NCBI GenBank assembly: GCA_964465015.1
Contig: CAYXHP010000068.1
Coordinates: 2,362 to 66,361 of the forward strand
Length of the DNA stretch: 64,000 nt
Origin: an uncultured Gemmatimonadota bacterium
GTDB lineage: Bacteria > Gemmatimonadota > Gemmatimonadetes > Palauibacterales > Palauibacteraceae
Direction: 5' to 3'
Shown: positions 47,148 through 56,647 of the stretch, piece by piece
Position numbering within the stretch: position 1 is the first letter of the stretch
How the letters are laid out: each line of letters begins with the position of its first letter
Made by a program: the position numbers and the translations under genes
The notes under the pieces: model-generated
What the model saw: only the letters and a program-made list of their open reading frames with translations
The model's database searches: none
What the model was told of the DNA's origin: nothing

Positions 47148-47797
47148 CCGGGGACGCGGGGGCGGCAGCGGGCGGAGAGGGTCGCCGCCGGGTCTCGGAG
47201 GCGGAGGTGCGGCGCGCCGCCGCGGCGCTCGCCGAGGGAGCCATCCTGGCCCACCCCACGTCGACCGTCTACGGTCTGGGGAGCCTCGACGCCGCCCTCG
47301 ACGAGGTGATCGCGGCGCTCAAGGGACGTCCGACCGACCGCCCACTCCTGCGGATCGCGGCCAACGTGGAAGCGCTCCTGGCCGCGCACCCGTCGCTGGT
47401 GTGGGACGACCGGGCCGACCGGCTGGCCAAGGCCCTGTGGCCCGGGCCGCTCACACTCGTCCTGCACGATGGCACCGCCGCCGGCCTCGCCGCCCGGGTC
47501 GAGGGGCACCCCTCCATCCAGGCCGTGCTCGAGCGGCTGGGTCCCGCGACGATGAGCTCCACGAGCTTGAATCGCACCGGCTCGTCCCCCGCCCGCACGC
47601 CGGACGAGGTGCGAGCCTTCCTGGCCGACCTGGCTCCGGTCGAAGTCCCCGTGGCCTTCCTGGACGCGGGCCCGCTGCCGCCCTCGCCGCCGTCGACGAT
47701 CCTGTCCCTGCTCGAGGACGAGCCGAGGCTCCTGCGCGAGGGGGCCGTGCCGACCCTCCGGCTGGTCGAGGCGCTGGGTCGAGAGCCGGTACGATGA
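47144..47797 (+). CDS. tsaC: L-threonylcarbamoyladenylate synthase (YrdC domain only)
   Basis: PTSTVYGL, KGRP, WPGPLT, STSLN, PSTI, LREGA. Confidence 0.88.
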   Translation: MTGDAGAAAGGEGRRRVSEAEVRRAAAALAEGAILAHPTSTVYGLGSLDAALDEVIAALKGRPTDRPLLRIAANVEALLAAHPSLVWDDRADRLAKALWPGPLTLVLHDGTAAGLAARVEGHPSIQAVLERLGPATMSSTSLNRTGSSPARTPDEVRAFLADLAPVEVPVAFLDAGPLPPSPPSTILSLLEDEPRLLREGAVPTLRLVEALGREPVR

Positions 47798-48366
47798 GCG
47801 AAGTGGCGCGGCGGGAGGCGGGCTCGGAACGGGCCGTGCGACAGGTCCTGTTCGTGTGCACCGGGAACACCTGCCGGAGTCCCATGGCCGAGGTGCTGGC
47901 GGCGGAGGCGCTGTGCGCCCGGCGTTCCGACGTCGAGGTGGGATCGGCAGGCACGTTCGCCGCATCCGGGGCTCCCGCCGCGGCCGAGGCGGTGACCGTC
48001 GCGGCGGAGCACGGCCTCGACCTGTCGGGCCACCGGTCGCGGCCCCTGACGCCGGAGCTGGCGTCCGGGGCCGACCTCGTGCTGTGCATGGCGGCCTCCC
48101 ACCGGCGCACCGCCGCCGAGCTCGGGGCCCGGGAGCGCGCGCTGCTCCTGTCCAGCTTCCTGCCCGAAGGGCACCCCCGTCGCGGCGCCGACATTCCCGA
48201 CCCGATCGGGGGCGGGCGCGCGGCCTACGAGGAGGCTTTCGAGGCGCTGCGAGCGGCGGTGGACGGACTGGTCCGGCGCCTGGAACGAGCGCCGCGCGGG
48301 AAGACGGGAGACGCGGGGACCGACGGCACGGAGCCCGAGGCCGGCAGCGGGGCGCGGGATGCGTGA
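47794..48366 (+). CDS. Low-molecular-weight protein tyrosine/arginine phosphatase (YwlE-like)
   Basis: P-loop CTGNTCRS, SAGT, DIPDP. Confidence 0.92.
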   Translation: MSEVARREAGSERAVRQVLFVCTGNTCRSPMAEVLAAEALCARRSDVEVGSAGTFAASGAPAAAEAVTVAAEHGLDLSGHRSRPLTPELASGADLVLCMAASHRRTAAELGARERALLLSSFLPEGHPRRGADIPDPIGGGRAAYEEAFEALRAAVDGLVRRLERAPRGKTGDAGTDGTEPEAGSGARDA

Positions 48367-49273
48367 GGTCGACGGCCGACGGGCCTTCGTGCTCGTCGGT
48401 CACCCCGTGGAGCACTCCCTGTCCCCGGCGATCCACCGCGCCGCCTTTCGTGCCCTGGGGGTGGAGGCCACGTATGCGCTCCAGGACGTGGAGCCCGCCG
48501 GGCTGGAGGAGGCCGTGCGCTCGGCGGCTCCGGCCGGCGGCGGCAACGTCACGCTCCCGCACAAGGAGCGGATCGTGCGGCTCCTCGACGAAGCATCCGC
48601 GACCGTGCGCGCGACGGGCGCCTGCAACTGCTTCTGGTGGAGGGAGGGCCGCCTGGCCGGGGACAACACGGACGTCGGGGCCTTCTCGGAGGTGGCCGCC
48701 GAGCTGTGCGGGGACGGGTGGCCGGCCCGGACGGTCCTCCTTCTCGGGGCGGGCGGGGCGGCCCGCGCGGTGCTCCACGCCTGCCTGTCGGCCGGAGTGG
48801 GCCGAATCGACCTCCTGGACCGGACGCCCGACCGGGCCCGGGTCGCGGCCGGCTCGGTCCTGGCGGAGGCCGGCGCGGACGCGTCGCGCGTCCGGGTGCT
48901 GGAGTCCGTCGGGGGCCAAGCGGTGTCCATCGGCGCCGGGGGCCGATCGGCGGCGCTCGCGCTCCCCGGTGAGACGCCGGTCTCGGAGTACGGCCTCGTC
49001 GTGAACGCCACCAGCCTCGGACTTCGACCGGACCACCCGGAGCCGCTCGCCCTCGAGAGCGCCGGAGGGACGGCGGTGCTCGATCTGGCATACGGCCCGG
49101 AGGAGACCCCCTGGGTCCGGCATGCCCGGGAGCTCGGCCTGCGAGCCGCCGACGGGACGGGAATGCTGGTCGCCCAGGCGGCGGCCTCGCTGGAGCGCTG
49201 GCTGGGCGTGGCGGCGCCGCGGGAGGTGATGGAGGCGGCGGCCCGGCGGGCCAAGGCGCGCGTTCCTCGATGA
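48359..49273 (+). CDS. aroE: Shikimate dehydrogenase
   Basis: HSLSP, NVTLPHK, NTD, GAGGAA, NATS, DLAY, DG..ML..QA. Confidence 0.93.
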   Translation: MREVDGRRAFVLVGHPVEHSLSPAIHRAAFRALGVEATYALQDVEPAGLEEAVRSAAPAGGGNVTLPHKERIVRLLDEASATVRATGACNCFWWREGRLAGDNTDVGAFSEVAAELCGDGWPARTVLLLGAGGAARAVLHACLSAGVGRIDLLDRTPDRARVAAGSVLAEAGADASRVRVLESVGGQAVSIGAGGRSAALALPGETPVSEYGLVVNATSLGLRPDHPEPLALESAGGTAVLDLAYGPEETPWVRHARELGLRAADGTGMLVAQAAASLERWLGVAAPREVMEAAARRAKARVPR

Positions 49274-50094
49274 GAGTGCGCGGGCACCGCGGGGCGTCCG
49301 GCAAAGCTCGCGCGGGCGCAGGGAGCTCGAGACGGGGCCGCCGGCCAACGCGCTCGGGATCGGGGGCGGCGCGCCGACTTCGGGGCTGGCTGGACCGGCT
49401 TCTCCCGCCGGCGTGCGTGGCGTGCGGCTCCGGGCTCGAGCCGGGGGCGGCGCCCGTGTGCGGGCTGTGCTGGCACCGACTCCCACGCCTTCCGGCGCCC
49501 CGGTGTCCCCGGTGCGGGGCTACGCGCGTCCTGGACCTGGGCGGTGAAGGCACGTGCACGGAGTGTCTCTCGTGGCCCGCTGAGCTCCGACGAGCCGGGA
49601 GTCCGTTCCGGATGGCGGGTGGAGCGGCGCGGCTGGTGCACGCGCTCAAATACGAGGGGTGGTTCGCGCTCGCCGGGCCGATGGGCGAGGCCCTGGCCGG
49701 GGAGGCGCAGCGCCTGTCCGGCGGCGTGGAGCATCGGCTGGAACCGGTGCCGCTCCCGGCGGCGCGTCGACGAGAGAGGGGCTACAATCAGGCGGAGCTC
49801 CTGGCCCGATCGCTGGGCCGCGCGCTGGGCTGGCCGGTGGGCGCCTCGCTCCGGCGCGACGGTGCACGCCGTCGACAGGTGAGGCTCGGACGCAACGAAA
49901 GGCGGGAGAACGTGCTGGGCGCGTTCCACGCGACGAGGCCGCCGGGGGACGACCTTCCGGTGCTCCTGGTGGACGATGTGCTGACCACGGGCGCCACGGC
50001 TGCCGCCTGCGTCGGGGCGCTGCAGGGAGCGGGGCATCGGGTCACCGGGGTCCTCGCCTTTGCACGCGCCTTGCAGGTCATCGAGGCGCCGTGA
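49270..50094 (+). CDS. comF: ComF family double zinc ribbon / phosphoribosyltransferase-like protein
   Basis: Four CxxC pairs, RGYNQA, LVDDVLTTGAT. Start uncertain. Confidence 0.9.
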   Translation: MRVRGHRGASGKARAGAGSSRRGRRPTRSGSGAARRLRGWLDRLLPPACVACGSGLEPGAAPVCGLCWHRLPRLPAPRCPRCGATRVLDLGGEGTCTECLSWPAELRRAGSPFRMAGGAARLVHALKYEGWFALAGPMGEALAGEAQRLSGGVEHRLEPVPLPAARRRERGYNQAELLARSLGRALGWPVGASLRRDGARRRQVRLGRNERRENVLGAFHATRPPGDDLPVLLVDDVLTTGATAAACVGALQGAGHRVTGVLAFARALQVIEAP

Positions 50095-50200
50095 TTGGCG
50101 ATCGACGACTCCGAACGCCCCCGCTCGCCGCCGGACCGCGCGGCGAGCGGACGGGAAGCCCGGACCGACAACCACATAAGATTCAGCGAGGGGGAAGACC

Positions 50201-51229
50201 ATGACCGCACGCGTGGCCATCAACGGGTTCGGGCGCATCGGGCGCAACATCTTCCGTGCCGCGCACGGTCGGCCCGACGGCGGCGTGGAGATCGTCGCCG
50301 TCAACGACCTCACCGACCCGCAGTCCCTCGCCCATCTGCTGCGCCACGACTCCGTGCACGGTGCCTTCGCGGGCCAGGTCGAGGTCGAGGGCGACACGCT
50401 GGTCGTGGACGGCCGGCCGGTCCGCGTCCTGTCCGAGCGCGATCCCGGTGCGCTCCCGTGGAAGGATCTCGAGGTGGACATCGTCCTCGAGGCGACCGGG
50501 CTCTTCACCCGGCGCGCCGACGCGGCGAAGCACCTGTCGGCCGGCGCTCGCAAAGTGATCATCACGGCCCCGGCCAAGGAGCCCGACGTGACCGTCTGCC
50601 TGGGCGTGAACGAGGGTGATTACGACCCGGATCACCACGACGTCGTCTCCAACGCCAGCTGCACGACCAATTGCGTGGCGCCCCTGGTCCGGGTGATCGA
50701 CGAGGAGCTCGGGTGGGAGAACGGGCTCATGACCACGGTCCACAGCTACACGACCAGTCAGCAGATCCTGGACGGTCCCCACAAGGACCTGCGGCGAGCG
50801 CGAGCGGCGGCCCTGTCGATCATTCCGACCACGACCGGAGCCGCACGGGCCACGGCGCTCGTCTATCCGGCCGTGAAGGGCAAATTCGAGGGCATGGCGA
50901 TGCGTGTCCCGACGCCGGATGTGTCGATCACGGACCTGGTGGTCACCGTGGGCCGCGACACCAGCGTGGAAGAGGTGAACGACCTCTTCCGGTCGCGCGC
51001 ACAGGGCGACCTGGCGGGCATCCTCGCGTTCAGCGACGAGCCGCTCGTGTCGGTGGACTACACGGGACACCCGGCCAGCTCGATCGTGGACGGTCCCTGC
51101 ACCATGGTCCAGGGCGACCGGCTGGTGAAGGTCGTCTCGTGGTACGACAACGAGTGGGGATACTCCAACCGCTGCCTGGAGCTGGCCGGCCACGTCGCCG
51201 AGCGACTCCAGGCCGGGAGCGCGGCGTGA
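50201..51229 (+). CDS. gap: Glyceraldehyde-3-phosphate dehydrogenase, type I
   Basis: INGFGRIGR, SNASCTTNC, WYDNEWGY. Confidence 0.98.
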   Translation: MTARVAINGFGRIGRNIFRAAHGRPDGGVEIVAVNDLTDPQSLAHLLRHDSVHGAFAGQVEVEGDTLVVDGRPVRVLSERDPGALPWKDLEVDIVLEATGLFTRRADAAKHLSAGARKVIITAPAKEPDVTVCLGVNEGDYDPDHHDVVSNASCTTNCVAPLVRVIDEELGWENGLMTTVHSYTTSQQILDGPHKDLRRARAAALSIIPTTTGAARATALVYPAVKGKFEGMAMRVPTPDVSITDLVVTVGRDTSVEEVNDLFRSRAQGDLAGILAFSDEPLVSVDYTGHPASSIVDGPCTMVQGDRLVKVVSWYDNEWGYSNRCLELAGHVAERLQAGSAA

Positions 51230-52419
51230 AGCGGACGCTTCGATCGCTGGGGTTCGCCGAGCTGCGCGGTCGGCGGGCCCTCGTGCGCGTCGACTACAAC
51301 GTGCCGCTGGAGGAGGGAGAGATCCGGGAGGATAGCCGGATCACGGCGACGCTGCCCACCCTCCGGTACCTGCTGGAGGCCGGGGCGCGCCCCGTCCTGA
51401 TGTCGCACCTGGGCCGACCCGGCGGGCACCCGGATCCGGCACTCTCGCTGGCCCCCGTGGCGGAGCGGCTCGAGCGAGTGCTCGAAGCGACGGTGCGTTT
51501 CGTCGGGCCGGCGGATGGCGAGGCGGCGCTGGCGGCGAGCCGAGAGCTGGAGACCGGCGAAGTCCTCCTGCTCGAGAACCTCCGGTTCCTGGCCGGGGAA
51601 AAGAAGAACGATCCGGCTCTCGCGGACCGGCTGGCCCGGCTCGGCGACCTGTACGTCGAAGATGCGTTCGGGGCCTGCCACCGGGCGCACTGCTCGATCG
51701 TGGGCGTTCCCCGTCGCCTCCATCCGGCCGTGGCCGGCTTCCTGGTCCAGGCCGAGCTCGAGGCGCTCGACCGGCTCCGGTCGGACACGGAGTCTCCGTT
51801 CGTGGTCGTCATGGGCGGAGCCAAGATCGGGGACAAGATCGGGCTCATGGAGGCGTTTCTGGGCCGGGCGGACCACATCCTGGTGGGCGGCGCGATGGCC
51901 AACACCTTCCTCAGGGCCCGGGGTCTCGACACCGGCGCGTCCCTGGTGGAGGACGATGCGCTCGACGAGGCGCGGAAGCTGACCGAGAGAGGAGGAGACC
52001 GGCTCGAGCTTCCCTCCGATGTCGTGGTCGCTGCCTCGCCGGAGGACGGAGAGGCCGCCCGGGTCGTCGCCGTCGACGCCATCGATGAAGGAGAAATGGC
52101 TCTGGACATCGGCCCGTCCACCCGGAGCGCGTTCGCCGGTGCCCTCGAGGGCTCCCGCACCGTGTTCTGGAACGGGCCCATGGGCCTGTTCGAGAAGCCG
52201 GCCTTCGCCGAGGGCACGCGGGCGGTCGCCCTGGCCCTGGCGGAGGCGTGCCGGGACGGCGCGTTCGCGGTCGTGGGCGGCGGCGATTCGGCGCGTGCGG
52301 TACGGGAGGCCGGGGTCGCGAGCGAGCTCTCTCACGTCTCCACGGGAGGCGGCGCGGCACTCGAGTACCTGGCCGACGGCAGCCTGCCGGGTGTCGACGC
52401 CCTGGACGAAGCGCCGTGA
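51226..52419 (+). CDS. pgk: Phosphoglycerate kinase
   Basis: RVDYNVP, SHLGRP, LENLRF, HRAH, WNGPMG, GGGDS, STGGGA. Confidence 0.98.
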   Translation: MKRTLRSLGFAELRGRRALVRVDYNVPLEEGEIREDSRITATLPTLRYLLEAGARPVLMSHLGRPGGHPDPALSLAPVAERLERVLEATVRFVGPADGEAALAASRELETGEVLLLENLRFLAGEKKNDPALADRLARLGDLYVEDAFGACHRAHCSIVGVPRRLHPAVAGFLVQAELEALDRLRSDTESPFVVVMGGAKIGDKIGLMEAFLGRADHILVGGAMANTFLRARGLDTGASLVEDDALDEARKLTERGGDRLELPSDVVVAASPEDGEAARVVAVDAIDEGEMALDIGPSTRSAFAGALEGSRTVFWNGPMGLFEKPAFAEGTRAVALALAEACRDGAFAVVGGGDSARAVREAGVASELSHVSTGGGAALEYLADGSLPGVDALDEAP

Positions 52420-53186
52420 GCGCGACCCGGCCGTACTTCGGAGCGAACTGGAAGATGCACAAGGGACCGTCGGCGGCTCGGGCCTTCGTGCATGCGTTCC
52501 GGGGCCTCCACCCTCCGAGCGCCGACCGAACGGTGGTCTTCTTCCCTCCGGCCCTCTCGATCCCGGCTTTCCTGGAGGAGAGGGGTGACCGCACGGACCT
52601 GGGCGTGGGCGTCCAGGACGTGCACCAGGCGGCGGAGGGGGCCCACACCGGTGCCGTCTCGGCTTCCATGGCGGCCGATGCCGGGGCGACCTGGGGACTG
52701 GCCGGTCACTCCGAGCGTCGGCGCGAGTTCGGGGATGACGATGCGCTGGTGTCCGCCAAGGTGCTCCGGCTCCTGGAGGCGGGGCTGCGACCGGTGCTGT
52801 GCGTGGGCGAGACGCTGGAGCAGCGCGAGGCCGGCCAGCTGGAGGACGTGCTCCGGCGCCAGCTTCGGGCGGTCCTGGACCGGCTGGCGGACGAGGACCG
52901 CTCTCGCCTGGTGATCGCCTACGAGCCGGTGTGGGCCATCGGGACCGGCCGCACGGCGAGCCCGCAGGATGCGGCCGATGCCCACGCGCTCGTCCGGGCG
53001 GAGCTGGCCGAGCGGGTGGGCGAAGCGCGAGCCACCGAAGCCGTGGTGATCTACGGGGGCAGCGTCAAGCCGGAGAACGTCCAGGAGCTCCTCGCCATGC
53101 CGGGCATCGACGGGGCTCTGGTGGGAGGGGCGAGCCTGGAGCCGGAGGCATTCGCGCGCATCTGCGCAGCGGGCTCCCCGGCCTGA
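52416..53186 (+). CDS. tpiA: Triosephosphate isomerase
   Basis: ANWKM, GHSERR, AYEPVWAIGTG, YGGSV, VGGASL. Confidence 0.98.
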   Translation: MSATRPYFGANWKMHKGPSAARAFVHAFRGLHPPSADRTVVFFPPALSIPAFLEERGDRTDLGVGVQDVHQAAEGAHTGAVSASMAADAGATWGLAGHSERRREFGDDDALVSAKVLRLLEAGLRPVLCVGETLEQREAGQLEDVLRRQLRAVLDRLADEDRSRLVIAYEPVWAIGTGRTASPQDAADAHALVRAELAERVGEARATEAVVIYGGSVKPENVQELLAMPGIDGALVGGASLEPEAFARICAAGSPA

Positions 53187-53223
53187 GTCGGCGGCGTTCT
53201 CCGTCCCTCGGCGGCTCGCCGCG

Positions 53224-53253
53224 TTGACCCGCCGCGGAACCGCCGGCTAGATT
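53224..53253 (+). promoter_or_regulatory. sigma70-type promoter of secG
   Basis: TTGACC-N18-TAGATT. Confidence 0.6.
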
Positions 53254-53330
53254 GTGGGTTTGAATCCAGGCGCGGGCCCGAGGTCCGCGCCTTCGAACGT
53301 CACGCCGCGACCAGGGAAGTCCACGACCGC

Positions 53331-53804
53331 ATGCTATACACGCTCCTGCTCATCGTCATCATTTTGCTCGCGCTGCTCCTGTGCGTGATCATCCTTCTCC
53401 AGGCAGGGCAGGGCGGGGGCCTGGCGGCCACCTTCGGCGGGGCTTCGTCCTCGACCGAGTCTTTCATGGGGGGACGACAGGCCGCCACGCTCCTCACCAG
53501 GCTGAGCTGGATCGGAGGCGGGCTGTTCCTGTTCCTCGCCTTCGTGCTCGCGGTCGTCTCCTCGGGGTCGCGGCAGTCAGCGCCGAGCTCGATCCTGAAG
53601 GGCGAGTTCGGCGGCGCCGGTCAGCAGCAGGTGCCGACGACGCCGACCTCGGTGCTGCAGGCCGAGAGCGCGGGAGCCAAGATCCCGGACACGTCGGCGG
53701 CGCGCGGCGGGGTGCTTCCGAAGTCGTCCCGACCCGACACCGGTCAGGGAGCTGGGGGGGCCGGATCGGGCTCGAAGGGCTCCTCGGGCGGAACGTCCAG
53801 GTAG
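53331..53804 (+). CDS. secG: Preprotein translocase subunit SecG
   Basis: ILLQ.G.GGGL..FGG and L.R.. second TM; follows tpiA; long low-complexity tail. Confidence 0.93.
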   Translation: MLYTLLLIVIILLALLLCVIILLQAGQGGGLAATFGGASSSTESFMGGRQAATLLTRLSWIGGGLFLFLAFVLAVVSSGSRQSAPSSILKGEFGGAGQQQVPTTPTSVLQAESAGAKIPDTSAARGGVLPKSSRPDTGQGAGGAGSGSKGSSGGTSR

Positions 53805-54376
53805 TCCACGAGGCTCCCCGCGTCGATCTTCGCCTGGATCCAGGCGTCGAATCCCGAAGGCGTCAGACCCTCGATCCCCACGCCCGTGGTGGCCGTCCGC
53901 ACGGCCAGCATGTTGGCGTACTCGTTCTTGGCGTGGCCGGCATGGCCCCGGATCCAGCGCCACTCCACGCGGTGCTGACGGGCCACGTCGGCCAGCTCCC
54001 GCCACAGCTCGACGTTCTCGATCTCTCCACCCTTGCGGCGCCATCCCCGGCGGGCCCAGCCGTGGATCCACTCTTTCATGCCCCGCACGAGGTACTGGCT
54101 GTCGCTCGTGAACACGACGTCGGAGCGCCGGCGCAGGGCCGAGAGACCCACGATCCCGGACCGGAGCGCCATGCGGTTGTTGGTCGTGTCGGGCTCATAG
54201 CGGGCGAAATCCTTGCGAGCCCAGCCCCGGCCAGGTCGGAACTGCTCGATGAGCCCCGCGGCGCCTCCGGGATTGGCACGCGACCTGAACTGGTTGCCCA
54301 GGCAGGACTCGTCGGCGTAGATGTAGACGAGAGACGGAGCCTCGCTCCGTCCGCGGTGGTCGTCGCTCGAATTCAT
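53744..54376 (-). CDS. rnhA: Ribonuclease HI (variant active site)
   Basis: YADESCLGN, NPGG, TTNNRM, DSQY, W..GW..GW, N.ELW, W.RGHAGH..NE; RBS GGAG before ATG 54376. Confidence 0.9.
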   Translation of the reverse strand: MNSSDDHRGRSEAPSLVYIYADESCLGNQFRSRANPGGAAGLIEQFRPGRGWARKDFARYEPDTTNNRMALRSGIVGLSALRRRSDVVFTSDSQYLVRGMKEWIHGWARRGWRRKGGEIENVELWRELADVARQHRVEWRWIRGHAGHAKNEYANMLAVRTATTGVGIEGLTPSGFDAWIQAKIDAGSLVDYLDVPPEEPFEPDPAPPAP

Positions 54377-54398
54377 GTCTCCGTATGGGAGCCTCTCG

Positions 54399-55517
54399 TT
54401 GCCGGACACGCAAGCATCTGACGGATATCTCCTCCTCGAGGACGGTGCGCGGTTCGAGGGCCGACTGGCCGGCTCCGGAGCCGGATCGGTCGGCGAGGTC
54501 GTGTTCACCACCAACCTGACCGGGTACCAGGAGGTCCTCACCGACCCGTCGTACGCGGGACAGATCGTGGTGATGACCGCCCCCATGATCGGCGTGTACG
54601 GCACGCGCGAGGGCGACGACCAGTCCCGGCGGCCGTGGGTGGCCGGATTCATCGTGCGCCACCTGACCGACGAGCCGGGACGCGACCGACCGGGCCGCCT
54701 TCCGGACTACCTGGAACGGCACGGCATCCCTACGCTCACCGGCGTGGACACCAGGGCCGTCACCCGTCGGATTCGGGAGGCCGGGGCCATGCGGGCCATC
54801 GTCGCGTCCGCCGCCGAGCCGATCGAGGCGGCCAGGAAGCGGCTGCTGGCGGAGCCCGCGATGGAGGGTCGCGACCTGGCCTCCGAGGTGACGACACTCG
54901 AACCCTACGAGCTCCCGGCCGAGGGCCCCGAGCGCGGACTCGTGCTATGCCTCGACTACGGGGTCAAGCAGCGCAGCCTGGACCTGATCCGCCGGGAAGG
55001 CTTCCGGGTTCGCGTCCTCCCCGCGAGCACCCCGGCCGAGACGCTCGTCGGCTCGGATGCCGCCGGCCTGTTCGTCTCCAACGGTCCCGGCGACCCGGCC
55101 GCCGTGCCCGGCGCGGCGGCGCGCATCCGGGCCGCCGTGGACGGCGGGCTCCCGGTGTTCGGCATCTTCCTGGGCTGCCAGCTCGTGGCACTGGCCTTCG
55201 GCGGGAGCACGTTCAAGCTTCCCTACGGACACCGCGGCGGAAACCACCCGGTCCGGAACCTCGACACCGACCACGTGGAGATCACCTCGCAGAACCATGG
55301 CTTCGCCGTGCGCGAGGACGATGGAGAGGTGGCCGGCGCTCCCGTCCTGCGGGTCACCCACCGCAACCTGAACGACGGGACGATCGAGGGTGTGGCCCAC
55401 CGATCGCTGCCCGTGTTCGCCGTCCAGTACCACCCCGAGTCGGCACCCGGGCCGCACGACAGTCGTTACCTGTTCGAGCGCTTCGTCCGCGCCATGGGAA
55501 CGCCCGCGGCGCGCTGA
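54399..55517 (+). CDS. carA: Carbamoyl-phosphate synthase small subunit (catalytic Cys read as Phe)
   Basis: GEVVFTT..TGYQE.LTDPSY.GQ, DTRA, SNGPGDP, GHRGGNHPV, TSQNHGF, QYHPE. TTG 54399 chosen for its GGGAG RBS; ATG 54375 is the alternative. Confidence 0.93.
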   Translation: MPDTQASDGYLLLEDGARFEGRLAGSGAGSVGEVVFTTNLTGYQEVLTDPSYAGQIVVMTAPMIGVYGTREGDDQSRRPWVAGFIVRHLTDEPGRDRPGRLPDYLERHGIPTLTGVDTRAVTRRIREAGAMRAIVASAAEPIEAARKRLLAEPAMEGRDLASEVTTLEPYELPAEGPERGLVLCLDYGVKQRSLDLIRREGFRVRVLPASTPAETLVGSDAAGLFVSNGPGDPAAVPGAAARIRAAVDGGLPVFGIFLGCQLVALAFGGSTFKLPYGHRGGNHPVRNLDTDHVEITSQNHGFAVREDDGEVAGAPVLRVTHRNLNDGTIEGVAHRSLPVFAVQYHPESAPGPHDSRYLFERFVRAMGTPAAR

Positions 55518-55548
55518 GACGCCGGGTGCTTCCTCGAGCCCGGTCTCG

Positions 55549-55578
55549 TTGACACTCACTGGGACCGCGAAGTAGCTT
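55549..55578 (+). promoter_or_regulatory. sigma70-type promoter of sppA
   Basis: Perfect TTGACA-N18-TAGCTT. Confidence 0.7.
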
Positions 55579-55620
55579 GCCCACAGGCGGATGGACCGCT
55601 TTCCAGCCTGGAAGGAAGAG

Positions 55621-56535
55621 ATGTCGCCATCCACTCGCTCGTCGATCGTCGCCGTGGTGGTCCTCCTCGTGCTGTTCGGCGTCGGTGCCGTGGTGACGGC
55701 CGGTCTCGTGCTCGGACTCCGGCCGGCCGGTCTGGGAAGCGGTCGCGTGGCCATCATCCCGATCGACGGAGTGATCGGCACCGGCCAGAATGCGCTCACC
55801 GCCCTGCACCAGTTCCGCGACGACGCTTCGGTGCGAGCCTTCGTCCTCGAGATCCGCTCTCCGGGGGGCAGCGTCGGCGGATCCCAGAGCCTCTACCGCG
55901 AGCTCCGCGCGCTGCGGGAGGGGGATGAGCGTCCCATCTACGCCTGGATCGGGGACGTCGGCGCGTCGGGGGCGTATTACGCGGCCCTGGGCGCCGACAG
56001 CATCTTCGCTCTGCCGGGTTCGATCACCGGCTCGATCGGCGTGATCATGGAGTTTCCCGAGGTCTACGACCTCATGCGGAAGGCGGGGGTTCAGCTGGAG
56101 GTCGTGAAGAGCGGCGCGCACAAGGACATGGGAAGTCCGGCGCGCAAGCTGACCGATGCGGATCGCGCGATCCTGCAGCAGGTCGTGGACGACACGTACG
56201 GCCAGTTCGTGGACGCGGTGGCCTCGAGCCGCCACCTGCCCGCCGATACCGTCCGGAAGCTCGCGGACGGTCGGATCTTCTCGGGGGCACGGGCACGGGA
56301 CCTGGGCCTGATCGATGGACTGGCCACGTTCTCGCAGGTGGTGACGCGCGCCGGGAGGAGCGCCGGGCTGGGAGACCATCCGCGGACGGTACGACCCCTG
56401 CGCCGCCGCATCGGCCTCCTCGACCTCCTCTTCGGCGTGTCCGAGAGCAGGCTCCGGGACTGGATCGCGTCCTGGACCGGCTGGTCGGGGCTGGGCTACG
56501 GGGGCGCCCCGACGCTCCTGTACGAGTGGCGCTGA
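55621..56535 (+). CDS. sppA: Signal peptide peptidase SppA (S49, short form)
   Basis: SPGG, ASGAYY (Ser), TGSIGV, KSGAHKD (Lys), DGRIF. Confidence 0.94.
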   Translation: MSPSTRSSIVAVVVLLVLFGVGAVVTAGLVLGLRPAGLGSGRVAIIPIDGVIGTGQNALTALHQFRDDASVRAFVLEIRSPGGSVGGSQSLYRELRALREGDERPIYAWIGDVGASGAYYAALGADSIFALPGSITGSIGVIMEFPEVYDLMRKAGVQLEVVKSGAHKDMGSPARKLTDADRAILQQVVDDTYGQFVDAVASSRHLPADTVRKLADGRIFSGARARDLGLIDGLATFSQVVTRAGRSAGLGDHPRTVRPLRRRIGLLDLLFGVSESRLRDWIASWTGWSGLGYGGAPTLLYEWR

Positions 56536-56647
56536 CGGATCGGAGAAGACGAGGGATCCGGACCCCGCCACCCGGGTATCTCTCGTCGGCACAGGGCACT
56601 CGCGAAGAACGCGGGTGGGCGGGCTCGCACTGCACGGGAAGGCACAC

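Noticed and set aside
45076-48366. radA-ispD and tsaC-LMW phosphatase adjacencies as a novel module
   Set aside because: Similar gene linkages are known from Bacillus (radA…ispD; ywlC…ywlE); this is ordinary housekeeping synteny.
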